The translations under genes were made by a program, and so were the position numbers. Below, piece after piece: positions 43,595 to 54,552 of a stretch of DNA of 64,000 nt; within the stretch, counting starts at the first letter, position 1, and each line of letters starts with the position of its first letter. The DNA comes from an uncultured Deinococcaceae bacterium (lineage in GTDB: Bacteria > Deinococcota > Deinococci > Deinococcales > Deinococcaceae): the NCBI GenBank assembly GCA_963837785.1, contig CAWIOW010000031.1:38256-102255 (forward strand), written 5' to 3'. Below the pieces are notes generated by a model, which did not search any database, was not told the origin of the DNA, and saw only the letters and a program-made list of their open reading frames with translations.

Positions 43595-43982
43595 ACGCTT
43601 CATTCTTAAGCTGGCGAAAACAGGCACAGAAATAGGAGATAGCCCTAAAAGTCCGCTCCGCAGCATCCGTCTCTCGGTCAGCTACGTAGCCAGCTTTGGG
43701 GCCGTTTGGTAATAGATAAATAATTTGCTAGAATATGTGTGTAGCTAAATTGAAGCGCGAAAGTTAAGGCTTTATTCTTCTCTAGCAAGGAGACTTATTC
43801 ATGACAGAGGCCGTTGTAAAGCAAGTTAAGCTGAAAAAAATGAATTCAGCCAAGCAAAGATATAGATTTGTATTGGTTCATAATTTTAAGCAAACTTCTC
43901 TAATAAGCCATAAAACTATCTTAAATCATTTAAAATCTGCATTTACATTTAATTGTAACCTATTTAATCACTTGGAAACCAG

Positions 43983-44033
43983 CCTATGACTAATCCTATG
44001 ACTAATCCTATGACTAATCCTATGACTAATCCT
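43983..44033. repeat. 12-bp repeat CCTATGACTAAT x4 containing the start codon (MTNP x4)
   Basis: Read directly from the sequence. Confidence 0.96.
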
Positions 44034-45206
44034 GATACAGAACGGTTTCGGCGCTGGCGTTTGGTGCTGGGTGGGGGAGAGGCAGACGGCCTAAGCTTTG
44101 GCGAGAGTGGGGCCGAGATGCAGTTTTCTATGGAAGATAGGCGGATGGACAGCGCACTTAGTGAATTGTATGAAGGTGGCAATTCGGCAAAGGGTGGGCT
44201 AGGGGGTAGTGCGCCGAAAGTGGCTCGCTGGCTGGCAGATTTGCGCGAGTTTTTCCCGGTAAGTGTGGTGCGGGTTATGCAGCAAGATGCCATAGAGCGC
44301 CTTAATTTGACCCAGCTTTTATTTGAGCCAGAAATGATGGAAAACATTGAGCCAGACGTTAATCTTGTGGCAACGCTGCTGACGCTTAAGGGGGTGATGC
44401 CCGCCAAGGCCAAAGACGCTGCCCGCGCTGTGGTTCGCAAGGTGGTAGATGACCTCATTAAACGCCTAGAAGAGCCGACCCGCGCCGCTGTTTCGGGCAG
44501 CCTTAACCGTGCCCAGCGCAATTTTCGCCCACGCCCCAGTGAAATAGATTGGGACAAGACCATTCGGGCCAACCTAAAAAACTATCTTCCAGATCGCAAA
44601 ACCATCATTCCAGAGCGCCTAATTGGTATGGGCCGCAAACGCCGCAGCCTGCGCGACATCGTGTTATGCCTTGACCAGTCGGGCAGCATGGCCTCTAGCG
44701 TTATTTATGCGGGTGTGTTTGGCGCAGTGCTTGCCAGTTTGCCCGCTGTAAGTACCCGCGTGGTGGTGTTTGATACCGAAGTGGTGGATTTATCCGAGGA
44801 CTTAGATGACCCCGTAGACGTGCTGTACGGCATTCGCTTGGGCGGCGGCACCGATATAAACCGCGCCCTTGCCTACTGCCAAAACATTATTGATAAGCCA
44901 GAGCAAACCATTTTAATTCTTATTTCTGACCTTTACGAAGGCGGCAACGAGCGCGAAATGCTGGCTCGTGCGCGGGTGCTTAAAGATGCGGGCGTTAATT
45001 TTATTGCGCTGCTGGCCCTCTCTGATGATGGTGCGCCTAGTTACGATCACGGTGTGGCCCGTGCTTTTGCGGGAATGGGTATTCCGGCTTTTGCCTGTAC
45101 GCCCGATTATTTTCCGGCGTTAATGGCAGCGGCTATTCGCGGTGACGACATTAGCACTTGGGCAGGCGACCAAGGAATAGTAACCAAGGGCGGGGCTGTC
45201 GGGTAG
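43986..45206 (+). CDS. VWA domain protein (YehP/CoxE-like)
   Basis: RRWRLVLG, MIDAS DQSGSM, GGGTDI and ISDLYEG. Confidence 0.9.
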   Translation: MTNPMTNPMTNPMTNPDTERFRRWRLVLGGGEADGLSFGESGAEMQFSMEDRRMDSALSELYEGGNSAKGGLGGSAPKVARWLADLREFFPVSVVRVMQQDAIERLNLTQLLFEPEMMENIEPDVNLVATLLTLKGVMPAKAKDAARAVVRKVVDDLIKRLEEPTRAAVSGSLNRAQRNFRPRPSEIDWDKTIRANLKNYLPDRKTIIPERLIGMGRKRRSLRDIVLCLDQSGSMASSVIYAGVFGAVLASLPAVSTRVVVFDTEVVDLSEDLDDPVDVLYGIRLGGGTDINRALAYCQNIIDKPEQTILILISDLYEGGNEREMLARARVLKDAGVNFIALLALSDDGAPSYDHGVARAFAGMGIPAFACTPDYFPALMAAAIRGDDISTWAGDQGIVTKGGAVG

Positions 45207-45310
45207 GAACTGATTTAATTCAACATGGTTGAAAACTAAGCCACGAGATAAGCCACTTTGCTTATAGCTTTTTACCTTTACAGCACAGTATTTGTAGGGG
45301 CAATGGCTTC

Positions 45311-45784
45311 TTAATTTTCTTTGGCGTCCTTAGTCATGCGGCCTTGTGCAGTTTGCCTATGCCCCGTTGCTGGTACAAGTTTTCCAGCGCGTCCTAAGCC
45401 AAATTTGGGCATGTTGACATACACCGTCTCGGATTGGCCCGCCGCAACTTTGTAGGTTTCGTGCCAAATACCAACCGCACCTTTGGCTTTGCGGGCATTT
45501 TGGTTAAAGATGCGCCAAGCTGGAAGGTGGGCATGATTACGGTTGGCGGCGTAAGCGTTGAGTTGTTCTGTACTGCGCCAATATTGTACTTGGCTTAGCC
45601 CATGAAATTGGGTTGCCAGCATGCCTAATTCAGGGTTACGCTGAAGCTCAGCCACCATTTTAGGCATCGCTATCAGCACGGGCAGCCAAGCCCAAATCTT
45701 CCAAGGCTGATTGATCCGCACACCAATCATAAAAACCACAAAATCACCGTCTAGCTCGGCGGTTACACGTTCTGTGTTAATCAT
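45311..45784 (-). CDS. DUF4188 (monooxygenase af470-like) protein
   Basis: VVFMIGVRIN, QYWRS and GIWHETY motifs. Confidence 0.82.
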   Translation of the reverse strand: MINTERVTAELDGDFVVFMIGVRINQPWKIWAWLPVLIAMPKMVAELQRNPELGMLATQFHGLSQVQYWRSTEQLNAYAANRNHAHLPAWRIFNQNARKAKGAVGIWHETYKVAAGQSETVYVNMPKFGLGRAGKLVPATGHRQTAQGRMTKDAKEN

Positions 45785-46278
45785 TTTGTCCTTTGATAGT
45801 TCCGGTAGTAGCGGCCTTCATCAACAATGGGCTGGGCGTGGGCCTCGGCGTTGCCGAACTGGGCCAATCGGTCTAAAACACTGATAAGCCTCGCGGTATC
45901 GGTATAAATTTCAATTTTACTAACTTTGCCCCAGCAAATAGTAATGACGTTAATCCCGTTATTGTCGGCGTAGACTCCGTCTGTTCCGGTATTTTTTTCC
46001 GTCCAGCGCACTATGGCTAGAGTGTGCCAAGGCAGCCCGCTTACCTCAAGACTATGAATGTAAAAGCGAATATCTGGAAACAATTGAAAGAGGCGCTTAT
46101 ACCACTGGTTTATAAGCACAGGGCCAGAGCGGGTACCACTTAGGGCGTGGTCTAAACCTATAAAACTGTGCTTGGCTTTAGGCGCAAGCATATCCGTTAA
46201 TACGCTGATCTGGCCTCTATTTAGCCCACTAAACGCATTTAATATCTTACGCGCCACAATTAAGTGATACAACGACAT
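45781..46278 (-). CDS. SnoaL/NTF2-like protein
   Basis: HALSGTR, V.GLPW and WGKV..I..Y.DT motifs. Confidence 0.75.
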   Translation of the reverse strand: MSLYHLIVARKILNAFSGLNRGQISVLTDMLAPKAKHSFIGLDHALSGTRSGPVLINQWYKRLFQLFPDIRFYIHSLEVSGLPWHTLAIVRWTEKNTGTDGVYADNNGINVITICWGKVSKIEIYTDTARLISVLDRLAQFGNAEAHAQPIVDEGRYYRNYQRTK

Positions 46279-46361
46279 CGCTACTCCTTATCATCCACTT
46301 CGCAATCATCCACTTCGCATGGTCTATTCTAGATGGTCTGAAATAATTGTACACTCTTGAC

Positions 46362-46946
46362 ATGACTGAAGCAAGTCTTGGCCCTTCATCTTTTATTGTG
46401 TTGGGATTGTTGTCACTTTATGGCGCGGGTACTTCCTACGAGCTTAAGCGCTGGGCTGATGAATCTGTGGGTTACTTCTGGACTTTTCCACGCTCTCAGC
46501 TTTATGCCGAACCCCAGCGCTTAGTCACCCTTGGTCTACTTACAGAGCAACAGGAAGAATCAGGCCGCCGCAAACGCACTTTTAAAATTACACAGGCGGG
46601 CCAAGAAGCTCTAAAAGCTTGGTTGGGTCGGCCTGCGGGTGTGCCAGAACTGCGAGACCTTGGTCTGCTTAAATTGTTTTTTATAGACTGTGCCAATGTC
46701 GAAGCTTTACCACACCTAGCTGCCGAGCAATTGGCCCTTCATCAAGCCCGATTGACTGAGTATGAGAAGTTGCAAGAGGCCAATCATCACTTAGAGGGGT
46801 CTTCGGAAGCCACCACCCTACGAATGGGATTTTTGTATGAGCGGGCCAGTATCGCTTTTTGGTCAGAAGTACAAGCATCCAGCCCACAAGCATCCAGCCC
46901 ACAAGCATCCAGCCCACAAGCATCCAGCACTATTCAGGCTGATTAG
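46362..46946 (+). CDS. PadR family transcriptional regulator
   Basis: GYFW...SQLY, ITQAG..AL..WL and LLKLFF; TACACT-N6-ATG start. Confidence 0.88.
   Translation: MTEASLGPSSFIVLGLLSLYGAGTSYELKRWADESVGYFWTFPRSQLYAEPQRLVTLGLLTEQQEESGRRKRTFKITQAGQEALKAWLGRPAGVPELRDLGLLKLFFIDCANVEALPHLAAEQLALHQARLTEYEKLQEANHHLEGSSEATTLRMGFLYERASIAFWSEVQASSPQASSPQASSPQASSTIQAD
46871..46928. repeat. In-frame 15-bp repeat ACAAGCATCCAGCCC (QASSP) x3.9 at the C-terminus
   Basis: Read directly from the sequence. Confidence 0.96.
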
Positions 46947-46953
46947 GTGGCCC

Positions 46954-46994
46954 ATACAGATGTACCTGATACAGATGTACCTGATACAGATGTA
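46954..46994. repeat. Tandem repeat ATACAGATGTACCTG x2.7 (15 bp), intergenic
   Basis: Read directly from the sequence. Confidence 0.92.
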
Positions 46995-47218
46995 GAAGAG
47001 ATAAAGCTGCTGACTTGATTGCTTTAACTCTAGGCTCTCATCCAAAAAACTGACCAGAATGGCTGAACACCGAAGTATTGTCTTGAATAGCAAGACGGCT
47101 GACTTATGGATATCTTAATTTTTTGGGGTAATTGGCTTGGTACTTGGCCCTAGCACTTGCCTAGTTGGGGCTTGAGGTGATATCTTTAGTTTTGGCTTGT
47201 ATAAGGCCTGGAGGTTGC

Positions 47219-47476
47219 GTGGCGAGACGAAGAATGCCGGAACAGCGGGAAAAAAAGCCTAAGAAGGACGAGGATACCGTTCGTGCAGAGGGTGTTGTAG
47301 AAGAAGCTTTACCTAATACAACATTCAGAGTAAAGCTAGATACGGGTCATGACATTCTTGCTTATATCAGTGGAAAAATGCGAATTCATTACATTCGTAT
47401 CTTACCCGGTGACCGTGTGGTTCTGGAAATCAGCCCTTACGACACCAGTCGTGGGCGCATCGTCTACCGTAAGTAA
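47219..47476 (+). CDS. infA: Translation initiation factor IF-1
   Basis: EALPN..F and [18 protein letters not shown]; GTG start after GGAGG. Confidence 0.96.
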   Translation: MARRRMPEQREKKPKKDEDTVRAEGVVEEALPNTTFRVKLDTGHDILAYISGKMRIHYIRILPGDRVVLEISPYDTSRGRIVYRK

Positions 47477-47598
47477 CAGGTTGTACTACCCAATAGATTC
47501 TTCGTTTGCTCTAAAGGGGCAAAACCTTGCAGTTAACCACTGTAGGTGAAGGGTCGAGCGCTGCCAGTTTAAATATCATGATGGGTGTTTAGCGGTTT

Positions 47599-47732
<134 letters not shown>

Positions 47733-47734
47733 GC

Positions 47735-48115
47735 ATGGCACGTGTAGCAGGTGTTGACTTACCCCGTGAAAAGCGTATCGAAATTGCTTTAACCTATATT
47801 TATGGTATTGGCCTAACCCGTAGCAAGGAAGTTTTAGCACGTACAGGCATTAGTCCTGATACCCGTGTTAAGAACCTATCTGAAGCCGAGCAGTCCACCC
47901 TCCGCGAAGCCATCGAAAAAGTCTACAAAGTAGAAGGCGATCTTCGCAGCGAAGTTGGGCAAAACATCAAGCGTCTTATGGACATTGGTGCTTACAGAGG
48001 ACTACGCCACCGTCGCGGTTTACCCGTGCGCGGACAACGTACCAAGACCAACGCACGTACCCGTAAAGGGCCACGTAAAACAGTCGCTGGTAAGAAAAAG
48101 GCCGCGAGGAAGTAA
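47735..48115 (+). CDS. rpsM: 30S ribosomal protein S13
   Basis: [10 protein letters not shown] and [15 protein letters not shown]. Confidence 0.98.
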   Translation: MARVAGVDLPREKRIEIALTYIYGIGLTRSKEVLARTGISPDTRVKNLSEAEQSTLREAIEKVYKVEGDLRSEVGQNIKRLMDIGAYRGLRHRRGLPVRGQRTKTNARTRKGPRKTVAGKKKAARK

Positions 48116-48121
48116 TAAGCC

Positions 48122-48517
48122 ATGGCGAAATCTACCAAGGGCAAGACCCCACGCCGCGCTCGGCGCAATATCAGTGCGGGCCGTGCATATGTGCATGCCA
48201 GCTACAACAACACCATCGTTACCATTACCGACCTCGAAGGCAACTCTGTTGCTTGGTCTAGTGGTGGCACCATTGGCTATAAAGGCAGTAAGAAGGGTAC
48301 GCCCTACGCCGCCCAGTTGGCTGCCGCTGACGCCGTTAAAAAGGCTCAGCAAACCTTCGGCATGAACATCGTTGATGTGATTGTTCGTGGGAGCGGCTCA
48401 GGCCGTGAACAAGCCATTCGTGCTATTCAGGCCAGCGGTATTGAAGTGAAGTCTATTATGGATGACACCCCAGTACCTCATAACGGCTGCCGCCCCAAGA
48501 AGAAGTTCCGCGCCTAG
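48122..48517 (+). CDS. rpsK: 30S ribosomal protein S11
   Basis: ASYNNTIVT and [12 protein letters not shown]. Confidence 0.98.
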   Translation: MAKSTKGKTPRRARRNISAGRAYVHASYNNTIVTITDLEGNSVAWSSGGTIGYKGSKKGTPYAAQLAAADAVKKAQQTFGMNIVDVIVRGSGSGREQAIRAIQASGIEVKSIMDDTPVPHNGCRPKKKFRA

Positions 48518-48706
48518 GCGCAAGCGCGCGCCCACCTGCCCCGTTTTCGTTTTCCCTCTCTAGCTTATTACTCTTAAGAGGATTGAAGGCGTACCACCGC
48601 CGAGAAAGCGGGCAACAGAGGGCCGCAGACCCGACTTAGATGTTCTAAACACCTTAAATAACACTTTGAAGCTGAACAAGCTAAGTCGTACAGGAGAATT
48701 AAGATT

Positions 48707-49324
48707 ATGGGTCGTTTTCGTGGATCAATTACCAAACAAAGTCGCCGTGAAGGAATTAACCTTGCGGAGACCGAAAAAGTTCAGAAGTACCTAGATCGTC
48801 GTCCTTATGGGCCTGGTCAACATGGTCAACGCCGCAAGGGTCGTCCTAGCGATTACAGCATTCGTCTGCGTGAAAAACAGAAGTTGGCACGCTTGTATGG
48901 TATGGGCGAAAAGCAATTTCGCAATCTCTTTGAAGAAGCATCTAACGTTCCTGGTGTTACGGGTACCGTGTTCTTGCAATTGCTAGAGCGCCGCCTTGAC
49001 AACGTGGTTTTCCGTATGGGCTTTGCTAGCACCCGCCGTCAAGCCCGTCAGTTTGTTGGGCACGGTCACATTTTTGTTAATGGCAAAAAAGTTGATATTG
49101 CCAGCTACCGCGTTAAAATTGGCGATGAGATTTCTATTGCTCAGGCTAGTCGTTCTAACGGTTTTATTCAAGAAAACATGGAAGCCCAAAAGCGCCGTCG
49201 TGTTAGTCCTTGGGTAGAGCTAAATCCAGAAACTTTTACCGGTACATTCTCACGCCTTCCTGCGCGTGAAGATTTGGCATTACCAATTAACGAGAACTTT
49301 ATCATCGAGTATTACTCGCGCTAA
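48707..49324 (+). CDS. rpsD: 30S ribosomal protein S4
   Basis: PGQHG, LREKQK and [11 protein letters not shown]. Confidence 0.98.
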   Translation: MGRFRGSITKQSRREGINLAETEKVQKYLDRRPYGPGQHGQRRKGRPSDYSIRLREKQKLARLYGMGEKQFRNLFEEASNVPGVTGTVFLQLLERRLDNVVFRMGFASTRRQARQFVGHGHIFVNGKKVDIASYRVKIGDEISIAQASRSNGFIQENMEAQKRRRVSPWVELNPETFTGTFSRLPAREDLALPINENFIIEYYSR

Positions 49325-49325
49325 C

Positions 49326-50341
<1,016 letters not shown>

Positions 50342-50483
50342 ACGGGCTTGTGGCTTAGGCCCGCTTAGCTTATGTTTGCTTAGGCTCAGTTAGTTCGTTT
50401 TTAGGTTAAACCGCTTGCCAGCCAACTTAGTTTTCATTTAGGTATACCTTGCTTAGTTGGCTTAATCTTTAAGGAGAAACACC

Positions 50484-50834
50484 ATGCGTCACGGTAAATC
50501 CGGTCGCAAGCTTAACCGCAATAGCAGCTCCCGTACCGCCTTGGCTCGTACCCAAGCGACGGCGCTGCTACGTGAGGGCCGTATTCAAACGACCCTGACT
50601 AAAGCCAAAGAGCTGCGTCCTTTTGTAGAAAAACTCATTACAACCGCTAAGGGCGGCGACCTACACGCTCGTCGTCTTATCGCCCAAGACATTCATGACA
50701 ATGCCGTTGTGCGTAAAGTTATGGATGAAGTGGCCCCTAAGTACGCCGAGCGTCCTGGTGGTTACACCCGCATTTTGCGTATCGGTACCCGTCGCGGTGA
50801 CGGCGTAACGATGGCCCTCATAGAATTGGTTTAA
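50484..50834 (+). CDS. rplQ: 50S ribosomal protein L17
   Basis: [12 protein letters not shown] and GGYTRI. Confidence 0.98.
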   Translation: MRHGKSGRKLNRNSSSRTALARTQATALLREGRIQTTLTKAKELRPFVEKLITTAKGGDLHARRLIAQDIHDNAVVRKVMDEVAPKYAERPGGYTRILRIGTRRGDGVTMALIELV

Positions 50835-50912
50835 GTTTTTAACCAAACTTTTACCAACTCTACCTTTCTCTAATTCTACCTTTTCCTGTAAACTTGACAC
50901 TTGTTTTAACTT

Positions 50913-50941
50913 AAGACTCCGCCCTAGTGGTGGGGTTTTTT
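50913..50941 (+). terminator. Intrinsic terminator of the alpha operon
   Basis: AAGACTCCGCC-CTAGT-GGTGGGGTTTTTT. Confidence 0.75.
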
Positions 50942-50970
50942 GTTTTTGGATAAGGCTTGGGATTAGGTAG

Positions 50971-51026
50971 AGTGGTTGTTCTAAAGTGGTTGTTCTAAAG
51001 TGGTTGTTTTAAAGTGGTTGTTCTAA
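50971..51026. repeat. Tandem repeat AGTGGTTGTTCTAA x4 (14 bp) overlapping a promoter
   Basis: Read directly; the last copy runs into TAAAAT-N6-ATG. Confidence 0.95.
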
Positions 51027-51035
51027 AATAGAACC

Positions 51036-51629
51036 ATGACACCAACAATTGTGATAGTTCCGGGTTTAGGCGACAGTGAAGAAGGCCACTGGCAAACGCT
51101 GTGGCAGCAAAAGTTTGGCGCGGCGCGGGTTTGGCAAGATGACCCAGAAGACCCTACACCCCAGAGTTGGGCAGCTCGACTAGATGAAGTGATAGAAGCC
51201 ACTGCGGGCGACCTTGTTTTGGTAGGTCATTCGTGTGGGGTACTAACTATTGTGCATTGGGCCAACTTATACAGAAAAGACTTGCATAAGGAGAATGACC
51301 GTATAAAGGGAGCCATATTGGTTGGCCCTACCGATGCCGAGCAAGCCAATATGGCTAGTCTGGAACCGGTGGTGTGCCAAATGGCTCCTATTCCGATGCA
51401 GCTGCTTTCTTTTCCGGCCTTGGTGGTAGCCAGCGAAAACGACCCATTTGTAAGCTTTGAGCGTGCTGAAGCTTTTGCCGAAGCTTGGGGCGCAGAACTG
51501 GTAACGGTGGGCGAATCTGGGCATATTAACGTAGCCAGTGGACATGGTGACTGGCCAGACGGTGAAATTTTACTAAGCGAAGCCTTGCATGCTTGGACGC
51601 CTCCTAAAATCAGCCATTTTCAGATGTAG
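51036..51629 (+). CDS. RBBP9/YdeN family alpha/beta hydrolase
   Basis: VPGLG.S...HWQ, GHSCG, SENDP and GHIN. Confidence 0.9.
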   Translation: MTPTIVIVPGLGDSEEGHWQTLWQQKFGAARVWQDDPEDPTPQSWAARLDEVIEATAGDLVLVGHSCGVLTIVHWANLYRKDLHKENDRIKGAILVGPTDAEQANMASLEPVVCQMAPIPMQLLSFPALVVASENDPFVSFERAEAFAEAWGAELVTVGESGHINVASGHGDWPDGEILLSEALHAWTPPKISHFQM

Positions 51630-51646
51630 GCTTGAGCCAGATACAA

Positions 51647-51685
51647 AAAACAGCCCCATACTTCTTAGAGTTACAGGGCTGTTTT
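51647..51685. terminator. Bidirectional terminator
   Basis: AAAACAGCCC...GGGCTGTTTT between convergent genes. Confidence 0.6.
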
Positions 51686-51717
51686 GCTTGGCTATTTGTT
51701 TTTGCTGTAGCTAAAGT

Positions 51718-52134
51718 TTAAGCACTAAATGGAGCAGTTTTGGGTTCTTTGTGTTCGGTTGTTGCAATTGTAGTTATTGTAGTTTCAGTAGCTTCTGGAG
51801 TAGTTTTTGCAGCAACTGGCTCAGCGTACTTATCTAATACGGCTTCAAAAGCGCGCTTGGGCTGTGCGCCTACGATGCTTTCTACAAATTCGCCATTTTT
51901 GAATAGAATTAAAGTAGGGATGCTCATAACGCGGTATGTGGCCTGAATCATGGGGTTTTCGTCTACGTTTAGCTTGCCGATTTTAACGCGGCCTTCGTAC
52001 TGACCAGCTAATTCTTCTATAACAGGGGCAATAATACGGCAGGGGCCACACCAAGGAGCCCAAAAATCAACCAAGGTGTAGCCCTCACTGATTTCTGCGC
52101 TAAAGTTGTCGTCGCTTAGTTCTATAGGCTTCAT
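51718..52134 (-). CDS. trxA: Thioredoxin with a Thr-rich C-terminal tail
   Basis: WCGPC active site; start MKPIEL after TATAAT-N6. Confidence 0.95.
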   Translation of the reverse strand: MKPIELSDDNFSAEISEGYTLVDFWAPWCGPCRIIAPVIEELAGQYEGRVKIGKLNVDENPMIQATYRVMSIPTLILFKNGEFVESIVGAQPKRAFEAVLDKYAEPVAAKTTPEATETTITTIATTEHKEPKTAPFSA

Positions 52135-52318
52135 GAAACCATTATACCCGCTAAGCGCCCAAAACAAATATGATCTAAGTGGTTAAGTTGCACCTAAGTA
52201 TTTATATAATGTATAAAATTTAACAAAAAAACGGCAAGTACTTACACAGTATCAAGGTGGAGAGCTTATTGGGTTATTCATTTATAGACTTATTAAATGC
52301 TAGGCTATTAAAGGTAAG

Positions 52319-52672
52319 GTGAATGTCATCTCAGATGAAGTTTTAATCAGCTCAGCCGAGTTTTTTGAAGGTATTCAACTGTTTAATAAACGCCAATGGT
52401 GGGAGGCTCATGAAGCGTGGGAGCCAGCATGGCAGCAGGCAGCTTCATTGGATAGAATATTTTTGCAAGCCTTAATTCTTATGGCGGCGGCCCTTCATAA
52501 ACGTTGGTATCATGGGAGCCTAGCTGATCGTAATTATTTCAAGGCTGAGCGTTACCTAGAACAGCTTCCTGATGTTTATGCAGGAGTTAATTTGGTACAA
52601 CTTCGTCAAGATGTCTGGGCGGGCTTGTATGATGCGAATGCTAAGGTCATCATAGCTATTGCTGGCGGTTAA
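52319..52672 (+). CDS. DUF309 protein
   Basis: GIQLFN...WWEAHEAWE..W motif. Confidence 0.85.
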   Translation: MNVISDEVLISSAEFFEGIQLFNKRQWWEAHEAWEPAWQQAASLDRIFLQALILMAAALHKRWYHGSLADRNYFKAERYLEQLPDVYAGVNLVQLRQDVWAGLYDANAKVIIAIAGG

Positions 52673-52732
52673 TAAGAATTAGATAAGTCAATATTGAGCT
52701 TGGTTGTAGGCTTCCGCTATCTTAGAGTCTAC

Positions 52733-52765
52733 GTTTGAATGGACACTGTTTGAATGGACACTGTT
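52733..52765. repeat. Tandem repeat GTTTGAATGGACACT x2.2 (15 bp), intergenic
   Basis: Read directly from the sequence. Confidence 0.85.
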
Positions 52766-52816
52766 ATTCGAATTTTATAAAGTTGTTAAGCATGATAACT
52801 CAGGGGGATTTACCAG

Positions 52817-53407
52817 ATGGAACGCATTGCATTATTTATTGACGGAGCAAACGTATACGCAGCAGCCAAGAGGCTGGGATGGAATTTTGATCACCGTAAG
52901 ATTTTGGAGCATTTTGCTTCTTATGGCACTTTATACAATGCCTTCTATTACACCGCTATTCCCACACCCATTGACGACAAACAAAAGCGTTTTACCGACG
53001 CCCTAACCTATATGGGCTATACCGTTCGTACTCGCCCACTGCGCGAGGCCACCGATGAAAATGGGGATACTTTTCGCCGCGCCAATCTAGATATAGAAAT
53101 TGTGACCGACCTGCTTTCTACTTCTGACCTGTATGACACCGCTATTTTGTTAACTGGCGATGGGGATTTTGAGCGTCCTGTAGAGGTGCTTAGGGCGAGG
53201 GGTAAGCGGATTATTGTGGCTAGCATTGCCGAGATGACCAGTTACGAACTTCGCAACGTTGCCGATACTTATGTTGATTTTAAGGACATCCGCGAGCATG
53301 TAGAGCGCCCCGGATACCGTTTGCCCAGTGAGCAACAACCCCGCCCCAGCGAAACCGCCCGCCCTTATTATGTGTCTGCGGCCCTAACTGAGACGGATGA
53401 ACACTGA
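52817..53407 (+). CDS. NYN domain (LabA/DUF88-like) protein
   Basis: FIDGAN and LTGDGDF motifs. Confidence 0.88.
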   Translation: MERIALFIDGANVYAAAKRLGWNFDHRKILEHFASYGTLYNAFYYTAIPTPIDDKQKRFTDALTYMGYTVRTRPLREATDENGDTFRRANLDIEIVTDLLSTSDLYDTAILLTGDGDFERPVEVLRARGKRIIVASIAEMTSYELRNVADTYVDFKDIREHVERPGYRLPSEQQPRPSETARPYYVSAALTETDEH

Positions 53408-54431
53408 GTCTGAGCCATCTGTTAAGCCGTTAAATCTGCCGATTGCCCTTGACGCAATGGGTGGAGATCATGGCCCCTCGCCTATTGTGGAGGGGGCCGT
53501 TTTGGCGGCTAAATCGGGTGTGTCGCTGATACTGGTGGGAGACCGCGTTAAACTTCACGCCGAACTGGGTAAGTATGCGGGCAGTGTGCGTTTGCCTATT
53601 GAGATTGTTGAGGCCATAGATGTTATTGGTATGGACGAACACGCCAGCGATGTGCGAAGTCGTCATCAGGCCAGCATTAATGTGTGTACACGCCTTGTTA
53701 AAGAAGGCAAAGCAGCGGCAGCGGTAAGTATGGGCCACAGTGGGGCTACAATGGCCTCAGCTTTGCTTACTTTAGGCCGGATTAAAGGGGTAGAACGGCC
53801 CGCTATTATTACTCACCTACCCACTCGTACTGGTTTTACGACCATGCTAGATGCTGGGGCCAACGCTGATGTAAAAGCCAGTTATTTGGCACAATGGGCG
53901 CAGCTTGCTACGGTGTATTTAAAGGTCTTGGAAAATAGAGAAAACCCAACAGTGGGACTTTTATCTATTGGCGAGGAAGAACATAAAGGCAGCCAACTGG
54001 TATTAGAAGCCCACGCTTTATTAAAAGCAATGAATGGCAAAGGTGTTAATTTTTACGGTAATGTAGAAGGCCGCGACATTTTTTATGGAACCACTGACAT
54101 TGTTGTTACTGATGGGTTTACGGGTAATGTGGTGCTTAAACTAGCAGAAGGCGAGGCCAAAGTAATGTTTGGCTGGATTAAAGATGCCCTAAATTCTACT
54201 TTGCAAAGTAAATTAGGCGGGTTAATGGTGCGTAAGGCGCTGCGTGGCTTAGCCGAGCGAGTTGACCCCAGCACGTATGGGGCCAGTATTTTAATCGGGG
54301 TGCGCGGTCTTACCTTTATTGGGCATGGGAGCGCCGATGCCAGAGCCGTTAAAAATGCTTTGCTGCGGGCTTCGCGGGCCTACGAGGGCCAACTGGTGCC
54401 CCGTTTAGAGGCAGCCTTTAAATCAGACTAG
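53397..54431 (+). CDS. plsX: Phosphate acyltransferase PlsX
   Basis: ALDAMGGDHGP, DAGANAD and VTDGFTGNV. Confidence 0.95.
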   Translation: MNTESEPSVKPLNLPIALDAMGGDHGPSPIVEGAVLAAKSGVSLILVGDRVKLHAELGKYAGSVRLPIEIVEAIDVIGMDEHASDVRSRHQASINVCTRLVKEGKAAAAVSMGHSGATMASALLTLGRIKGVERPAIITHLPTRTGFTTMLDAGANADVKASYLAQWAQLATVYLKVLENRENPTVGLLSIGEEEHKGSQLVLEAHALLKAMNGKGVNFYGNVEGRDIFYGTTDIVVTDGFTGNVVLKLAEGEAKVMFGWIKDALNSTLQSKLGGLMVRKALRGLAERVDPSTYGASILIGVRGLTFIGHGSADARAVKNALLRASRAYEGQLVPRLEAAFKSD

Positions 54432-54552
54432 ATTGAGCTTAAGTTAAACTTAAACTTTAACTTTAACTTAAGGGCGACGAATGGCTTTTGCTGCTCGCCG
54501 CCTTTGTGATTTGTTTTGATGACGAGAATCCTCATGTTTTTATGAGAAGCTA

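Noticed and set aside
47000-47220. infA/alpha operon not preceded by secY-adk
   Set aside because: Separation of these blocks occurs in many bacteria, so it is not informative.
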